A stretch of DNA of 63,049 nucleotides, the filler included. It is 8 parts of 8 records of this genome, joined end to end, with 100 filler letters (N's around TTAATTAATTAA, not from the genome) between each part and the next. Parts side by side here need not be neighbours in the genome. Positions count along the whole stretch, not along the records: positions 52,709 to 57,781 come from SRR31147125_15052; positions 57,882 to 63,049 come from SRR31147125_15097; 6 more parts are not named here. One strand, written 5' to 3'. The notes beneath the pieces were generated by a model. It saw only the letters and a list, made by a program, of their open reading frames with translations, was not told the origin of the DNA and did no database searches. The translations under genes were made by a program, and so were the position numbers. Shown here one piece after another: positions 54,333-63,049 of the stretch. The stretch's first letter is position 1. The number at the start of each line of letters is the position of its first letter.

Positions 54333-55934
54333 ATGAATTTTATATTGACTTCGATTAAAACCAAATTCGTTTTAGGAACTATTTTATTAGGAAGCCTTTT
54401 TATCGGTTTTTCCTCTTCAGCACAGTATAAAAACGTAGTAAACTACCCCGGTGGACGAATTGCCATTTCGCACGATGGAAACAATTACGACAAAGATGAC
54501 TATGTGGCAGCAGCCATGAATTTCGCTTTGTTAGATGGACTGGGACTAAAAGCCAAACTGGTTTATTTCGACCATTCCTGCCATTTGAAAAATAAAGCGG
54601 AGCAATACGATGAAATGCTGGAGAGCGTTAATGGAGCAATTCAACGATTTGATATCGACGCATCGAAAGTGTTCGACATTCAAACCAGCTTGGATGAGGC
54701 GATTGCCAACTTTAAAACCGAAGCAGAAAAGTCGTCGGCAAACAATCCGCTATGGTTTTGTATTGGAGGCCCCATGGAAGTTCCGTGGCGCTGCATAAAT
54801 GCTGTCGATCCTGAAAAACGAAAGTTTATTCATTGCATTTCGCATTCGTCTCCATTTAACGAAAAACATGTTTCTCCACCTGAAATGACCCGTACCTGGG
54901 ACGACATTGGCGCCCTTGGGGTGGATACCGTGCGGATTATAAATCAGAATAAAACCGAATGGAACACTCCGAAAGAAAATGTTTTATGGATGCGTGATTC
55001 CGAAAACCCAAAACTCCGGTGGTTATACAGCAGAAATGCAAAAAAGACCTACGATTCTTCCGATTCGGGCATGTTGTGGTGGCTGATTACCGGGGCAAAA
55101 AATGGTGGAAACGAAAATGCCGGTTGGGAAGATTACAAACCTGTTTTGGAAAGCATTTCAAGCGGTACATCGAAAAAGAAAGGAAAGGCAACAAGCAACA
55201 AAGGTTTTAAAACAATATTTAATGGAAAGGATTTTGACGGCTGGTACCTGAAAATACGCAGTGGCGATGAGGAAATGGCCAAGCGTGTTTTTGCCATAGA
55301 AGATGGAATGATTCATGTTTTTAATGACGCATTCCCCGATGAATACAAACTGGGCACCGGGGAAAATGATACGCATGGGCAATTGTATTCTAAAAAATCG
55401 TACAGCAAATACATTTTAAGGTTCGAATATAAATGGGGAGAGAGAATTGCCAATAACTTTGAGAAATGGCAGTACGATGCCGGGGTGTATTACCATGTGA
55501 TTAACGATAGAATATGGCCAACGGGTATTGAATATCAAATTCGTTACGATCATACAACATCACGTAATCATACAGGCGATTTAATAAGGCCGGGTGGTGC
55601 TGATTACGACTGGTTTTATAAGAAGGATGACAATACTTATTTACATCCTGATGATGGCGGTTTGGCTGAAGAAAAAACAGGCTGGTTGCATTTTGCCACA
55701 CCCACTAAAAAATTTAATGCGCTGAATGATAAATGGAACAAATGCGAAATTATTGTGATGGGCGATAAATATGCCATTCATAAACTAAACGGCAATGTGG
55801 TAAATATGGCTTTTAATTTAGAGCCGGGTGCCGGAATTTTTGGGTTTCAGGCCGAGACTGCTGAAATATATTATAGGAATATTCAAATAAAGGAATTTGA
55901 TGAAATTGTTCCGGCAGAGAAATTTTTGAAGTAA
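54333..55934 (+). CDS. Secreted fusion of an uncharacterised N-terminal domain and a DUF1080 (3-keto-disaccharide hydrolase-like) domain
   Basis: Signal peptide; RIAISHDGN..DKDD; Lys-rich linker; IFNGKDFDGW, LRFEYKWG, EYQI, WN..EI, FQAE...YRNIQIKE. Confidence 0.78.
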   Translation: MNFILTSIKTKFVLGTILLGSLFIGFSSSAQYKNVVNYPGGRIAISHDGNNYDKDDYVAAAMNFALLDGLGLKAKLVYFDHSCHLKNKAEQYDEMLESVNGAIQRFDIDASKVFDIQTSLDEAIANFKTEAEKSSANNPLWFCIGGPMEVPWRCINAVDPEKRKFIHCISHSSPFNEKHVSPPEMTRTWDDIGALGVDTVRIINQNKTEWNTPKENVLWMRDSENPKLRWLYSRNAKKTYDSSDSGMLWWLITGAKNGGNENAGWEDYKPVLESISSGTSKKKGKATSNKGFKTIFNGKDFDGWYLKIRSGDEEMAKRVFAIEDGMIHVFNDAFPDEYKLGTGENDTHGQLYSKKSYSKYILRFEYKWGERIANNFEKWQYDAGVYYHVINDRIWPTGIEYQIRYDHTTSRNHTGDLIRPGGADYDWFYKKDDNTYLHPDDGGLAEEKTGWLHFATPTKKFNALNDKWNKCEIIVMGDKYAIHKLNGNVVNMAFNLEPGAGIFGFQAETAEIYYRNIQIKEFDEIVPAEKFLK

Positions 55935-55954
55935 ATTTAAAATGGTAAACAACA

Positions 55955-57781
55955 ATGAACTACAAGCTTAAACCAATAATTTTTTTGCCCCTTTTAATTT
56001 TTCTGATTTTTCAATCGTGTATAAACTCAATTCCAAAAGTTCAACTAATTTGTCCGGTTTTTGACACACACACACCTTCATTTTATGCGTTGGACAAGTT
56101 AAAAGCAAGCTTTGATTCGCTTGGAGTTTCAGTAGAACAAGTCTCAGATCCAAATGATTCAAAGGTTGATTATTACATTTTCGCAGGATTGTCTTCCGAA
56201 GAAAACCAGGCAAATAAAATGCTAAAGGAATTGCAATTGACTCTGCCAAATGAAAAAGAGGCGTTGCTGATTCAAAATACGACATTCAATAATAAACCAG
56301 CCCTAATAATTTGTGGTGCCGATGAGGTGGGATTGATGTATGCAATCCTTGATGTTACAAAGCGAATTTCGTGGAGTGACGAGGTCGATAATCTTTTTGA
56401 ATTTGTAGAGGATGCTTCCGAAGCTCCAAATGTAAAAGAACGTACGGTTTCAGCCGGAACTTTTCATCGCCGTTATTTCGAAGAAAAATTGTATGATACT
56501 TTATATTGGGAAAAGTATTTCGATATGATGGCAGAAAATCGCCTAAATCAATTTCTCCTGATTTTCGGCTACAAAAATAACCAAATGCGCGAGCCTAATT
56601 TTATGGCACCCGCATATCCTAACTTTTTTAATGTGGAAGAATATCCTTACGTAAAAATGAAAAACGTAACGGAGGCTCAACAACAAAAAAATACTGAAGC
56701 ATTGAAAAAGGTGATTGCCCTGGCTCATGCACGTGGTATCGAATTCGGTGTTGGACTTTGGGACCAAATTGAACGAGATGGCCGATACAAAGCAATGGTT
56801 AGCACAGATGGAGATATTCCGGCTGATTTACCGGATAATATTATTTGGGGATTGACACAGGAAAACCTGATTCCTTACACCAAAATAGCCATGCGCAAAT
56901 TTTTTCAAACCTTTCCCGAAATTGATTTAGTTCAGTTTCGTATGCACTGGGAAGCAGGAATTACAGGCGATGTCGCTTTGAAATTCTGGAAAGAAATTTT
57001 TAATATTCTGAAAGAAGAGAATCCCAAATTGAAAGTTGAAGCTCGTGCGAAAGATGTGCCGGATGAAACACTGTACGATGGCGTAGAAACCGGAATGGAT
57101 TTCCGTGTGGCCACCAAACACTGGATGGAACAAATGGGAATGCCTTTTCACCCTACTCATGTGAACAAAGACAATCAGTTCGATCGCCGACATGGTTACG
57201 CAGACCTACTACGTTATCCTAAAAAATACGATTTTAAATGGCGTGTTTGGAGCGGTGGAACTACCCGTCTGTTTTTATGGGGAGACCCCGACTGGGTAAA
57301 AACTTTTGCCAAAGGTTCGCACTTGTACGATGCCGTTGGTTTTGAATTTAACGAGCCGCTTTATTTTAAAATGAACGGCAGCAAACACAATGCGGAAGTT
57401 ACTGATTTGCTCAATCATAAAAATCAATATTACACCTACGAATTCGAACGTTACTGGCATTATTTACAGGTAATGGGGCGGGTAAGTTACAATCCTGAAA
57501 CACCAACTGATATTTGGGACATGGAGTTTAACAAAAGGTTTGGCAACGAAGCCGGGCCATTGCTTAAAGATGCTTTGCACCAGGCCAGTAAAGTTTTACC
57601 ACGAATTGTTTCGGCAAGTTATTTGTATCCACGTTTTGCCAGTCCGCAAGGTTGGCCCGAGTTGCAGCGCATGGAAAGCCTGAAACACTTCGCCGCAAAT
57701 TCCCGACCGTCCGATATTCAGCAATTTGCCAATGTACGAGAAGAAGCTGATAATATTATTAGTGGTGAATTTTCGGTAAAA
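55955..57781 (+). CDS. Lipoprotein with GH20/GH67-type N-terminal domain and putative catalytic barrel, 3'-truncated
   Basis: Lipobox FQSC; I.GADEVGLMYA; W..YFDMMAENRLN. Confidence 0.55.
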
Positions 57782-57881
57782 NNNNNNNNNNNNNNNNNNN
57801 NNNNNNNNNNNNNNNNNNNNNNNNNTTAATTAATTAANNNNNNNNNNNNNNNNNNNNNNNNNNNNNNNNNNNNNNNNNNNN
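57782..57881. other. Artificial contig spacer
   Basis: N44-TTAATTAATTAA-N44. Confidence 0.99.
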
Positions 57882-57966
57882 AAAAAGCATGAAAAAATAT
57901 CATAGCATAGGAAAAGAAGCTAGAAAGCGAAAGTCCTACGATGGGTATGATTACTAAGCTGTGTTT

Positions 57967-57992
57967 CCACCTGTCATTTATTTGATAGGTGG
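57967..57992. terminator. Terminator hairpin at the 3' end of the pyrG operon
   Basis: ccacctgtca-tttatt-tgataggtgg. Confidence 0.6.
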
Positions 57993-58000
57993 TCTTTTAT

Positions 58001-59307
58001 TTACTCTACAAAATACACTTCCCCATCCTTAGAATATACAACTTGATATGTAGCTCCGCTTATTTCATTATTAGTACAGCTTTTATATATTATATCTTCT
58101 TCTAATTGAGTTTCTACATCTATGAGTAGTAGTAATGAACCATAATCATGAGCATTATAGACATTATTAAATGTGTTATTTGTTATGGAAATATTGCTAA
58201 TATCAGCATCATCTCCAAAATTAATAATAAAATATCCTAGTCCGTAGTTTTCCTCTCTGCCTTGAGTTTGCGAGAACCCATATCCTATATCATAAACATT
58301 ATTATTTTCAAATGTAATATCAGACATCACAGTATTTTTTCCTTTTAGCCATAATTCATATGCTGACATACCGCAGTTGTATATTACATTATTTTTATAA
58401 GTAATGTTTGTCTGGCTTCCCCCGTTCTCCTTTCCTTGGTTTGTGACTGCTGTATCGAATATTTCAAATATCTCGCAGCCTATAACTTCTATATAAGAAC
58501 CAGAGTTAAAAAGTTCTACACCATTTCCGTATCTTACTGGCTCATTATCATCATTATAATGCAAAAATCCGCCGCCAATATAAGATATTTTACAGTTTTC
58601 TATTGTTACTCTATTTGTATTATTCGCACCAAAGCCATGTGCTCCACCATTTTTAATAGCAATATCCTTAAATATCAAATCATGCCTATTACCAAGCTCG
58701 ACAATATTTTCTGTTATACATAGCTCAACTGAATAGTATACACTTTCATTACCCTTAAGTAAGCTTTCCAATTCATCATCTATATAAATAAATAGCACAC
58801 CTGAGCTTCTATCATAGAAATAATCTAATGGATTTGTAAGCTCATATAGAGCGAATTTTTTTACTCCAAAGTACTCTCCGTCATTAAAAATGATATTACC
58901 TACATCATTATTTAAAGAAATTCCATAAATTTTATCATCAAGCTTTTGAAAATTTTCTGAAATATGAAAAATAGATATACTTCCCATTATTAATGGTAAT
59001 TCTCCCTTACCATAGCACGAATATGTTATTCTTTGTTTTTCACTTCCTGACATGGGTTTTAAGTTTCCTCTGAATACACTGCCGCGTTCAAATAATACAG
59101 TATCACCGGGGTTTAGATTAAGGTCATTTACTTGCTCTATACTGTATAGAGCGTCATCTTCGCTAAGTCCTGTATTGTCCAAACTGCCATTTATTGAGCT
59201 AACATAATAGATTTTTGGCTGATTATTGTAATATACCTCCTGCGAAGCACAGGAAGATAGTAATGTGAATGCGCATATTATTAATGGAATTAGTATATTT
59301 TTTCTGT

Positions 59308-59311
<4 letters not shown>
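58001..59311 (-). CDS. Right-handed beta-helix lipoprotein
   Basis: Lipobox LSSC, YYVSS..G...N.G.S, PGDTVLFERG..F, YGKG..P, PbH1 repeats. Confidence 0.78.
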
Positions 59312-62107
<2,796 letters not shown>

Positions 62108-62156
62108 TTATACTATAATTTTGTAGATGATATATTTTATTTATTACAATAGTTAA

Positions 62157-62195
62157 AGGACTGTTTAAAAAAATGGTTTTTTTTTAAACAGTCCT
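62157..62195 (-). promoter_or_regulatory. Long hairpin in the pyrG 5' leader
   Basis: aggactgtttaaaaaaa / tttttttaaacagtcct inverted repeat. Confidence 0.55.
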
Positions 62196-62207
62196 CTGTC
62201 ATTACAT

Positions 62208-62236
62208 ATAGTACATTGTATATTAAACAATGTCAA
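62208..62236 (-). promoter_or_regulatory. Sigma-A promoter of pyrG
   Basis: Minus strand TTGACA-N17-TACTAT. Confidence 0.7.
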
Positions 62237-62292
62237 CATGTATTTAACAACTTTTTTACAAATACATAAAATTCATAGGTTTTTTACTTATA

Positions 62293-62331
62293 GGGTGTCA
62301 TAGCATATTTGTAAAAGAATCTATGACACCC
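62293..62331 (-). terminator. Stem-loop downstream of yabPQ
   Basis: gggtgtcatag / ctatgacaccc. Confidence 0.5.
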
Positions 62332-62516
62332 AACGTTATTTATATAAGCTGTATCAATTGAGGCGACACATTACGAAAGAAGGTTCGCATAATCAATTTA
62401 TCTAGAAAAATGCATAATATATTTTACTAGAATATAAATTCTCTACTTTGTTAAAAATTTATATATTTTCGACGATTTAATTTTTTTCGCAAGTTTGACT
62501 AGTTTTGGGGATAGTT

Positions 62517-62792
62517 TTACAAAAAAATAACTTGGTCAATAAAGTACATTGCACACCCTATTAACATAACCACAACACGTGTTATTTCAAGCTCTAAACC
62601 GCTGGTTATATATGCGCCGTACATAACTATAGCACCTAGAAATATTACAAGGATTAAATCCATAATATTTCTAAGCACTTTATTATTAATAGGTCTTCTA
62701 AGTACCCTAACTACATCCACAGCAAATCCAATTACTATTCCACAAGACAATAATATTAGTGTTATTAAAAGTTCTTGATATAATATATGCAT
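62517..62792 (-). CDS. yabQ: Spore cortex biosynthesis protein YabQ (3' end possibly frameshifted)
   Basis: G..IG...D..R..R and MD.I hydrophobic pattern; TAATG-coupled to yabP. Confidence 0.75.
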   Translation of the reverse strand: MHILYQELLITLILLSCGIVIGFAVDVVRVLRRPINNKVLRNIMDLILVIFLGAIVMYGAYITSGLELEITRVVVMLIGCAMYFIDQVIFL

Positions 62793-63049
62793 TATTTAAA
62801 CAAATTAGAAAATAGTGAGCCTCTTCTTTCTTCGTCAACGTCCTCATAGGCTGTTGTTCCTATCATACCCTCAACTATTACCTGTCCTTCATCTAAATTA
62901 AGGTTTGTTATGTGCAAATCAGTACCAGTTATTGAAAACCTGCCTGCTGATGTAATCATATGAATTGCGCTTTCATTAAAGCTGTCTACATCATCTACAC
63001 CTGTTATGTATGCTTTTTCACGGTATTCTAATCTTACGCTGTGGTTTTT
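62792..63049 (-). CDS. yabP: Sporulation protein YabP, 5'-truncated (absent from the ORF track)
   Basis: Manual translation: HSVRLEYREKAYITGVDDVDSFNE...G.DLHITNLNLDEGQVIVEG.I...SLFSNLFK*. Confidence 0.88.
   Translation of the reverse strand, partial: KNHSVRLEYREKAYITGVDDVDSFNESAIHMITSAGRFSITGTDLHITNLNLDEGQVIVEGMIGTTAYEDVDEERRGSLFSNLFK

Overview
This window is not one locus. It holds eight unrelated metagenomic contigs joined by artificial 100-nt spacers (44 N + TTAATTAATTAA + 44 N). (1) 1-5015, low-GC Clostridia-like: ArsP-type permease, hemerythrin, membrane protein, phosphoglucomutase. (2) 5116-11381, FCB/KSB1-like: WbuB-type glycosyltransferase, an AT-rich island with IS21 scars and a secreted beta-helix protein, heptamer repeat tracts, tandem DUF1016/YhcG genes. 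(3) 11482-18297: TMTC-like transferase, two nucleoside 2-deoxyribosyltransferase (NDT) paralogs, FabK/nitronate monooxygenase, PD-(D/E)XK nuclease, rlmD. (4) 18398-39687, KSB1/Calditrichota-like: tex, GT4, wbqC, M20 peptidase, sialidase, acyl-CoA synthetase, a six-gene TonB-receptor/PorV-family/T9SS-cargo operon, P1 peptidase. (5) 39788-45401, Bacteroidota: tatD, tcdA, aspartokinase-like gene and metY. (6) 45502-52608, Gammaproteobacteria: GGDEF-EAL, MCP, rpoS-nlpD-yqaA-pcm. (7) 52709-57781, Bacteroidota carbohydrate locus. (8) 57882-63049, Clostridia: beta-helix lipoprotein, NUDIX-HAD fusion, pyrG, yabQP. Several genes carry frameshifts in homopolymer or short repeat runs that look like assembly errors. 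Best leads: (a) a sequence-variable but self-complementary in-frame palindrome (AATT-N7-CA-C-TG-N7'-AATT) at the same position in two DUF1016 genes; (b) a SusD-less TBDR + PorV-like + OB-fold-array operon that may be a nucleic-acid capture system; (c) an unannotated Met-rich leader peptide ahead of a methionine operon whose first gene looks like a pseudo-aspartokinase; (d) an NDT pair with complementary loss of active-site residues. Taxonomy and function were inferred by eye from motifs; no searches were run.
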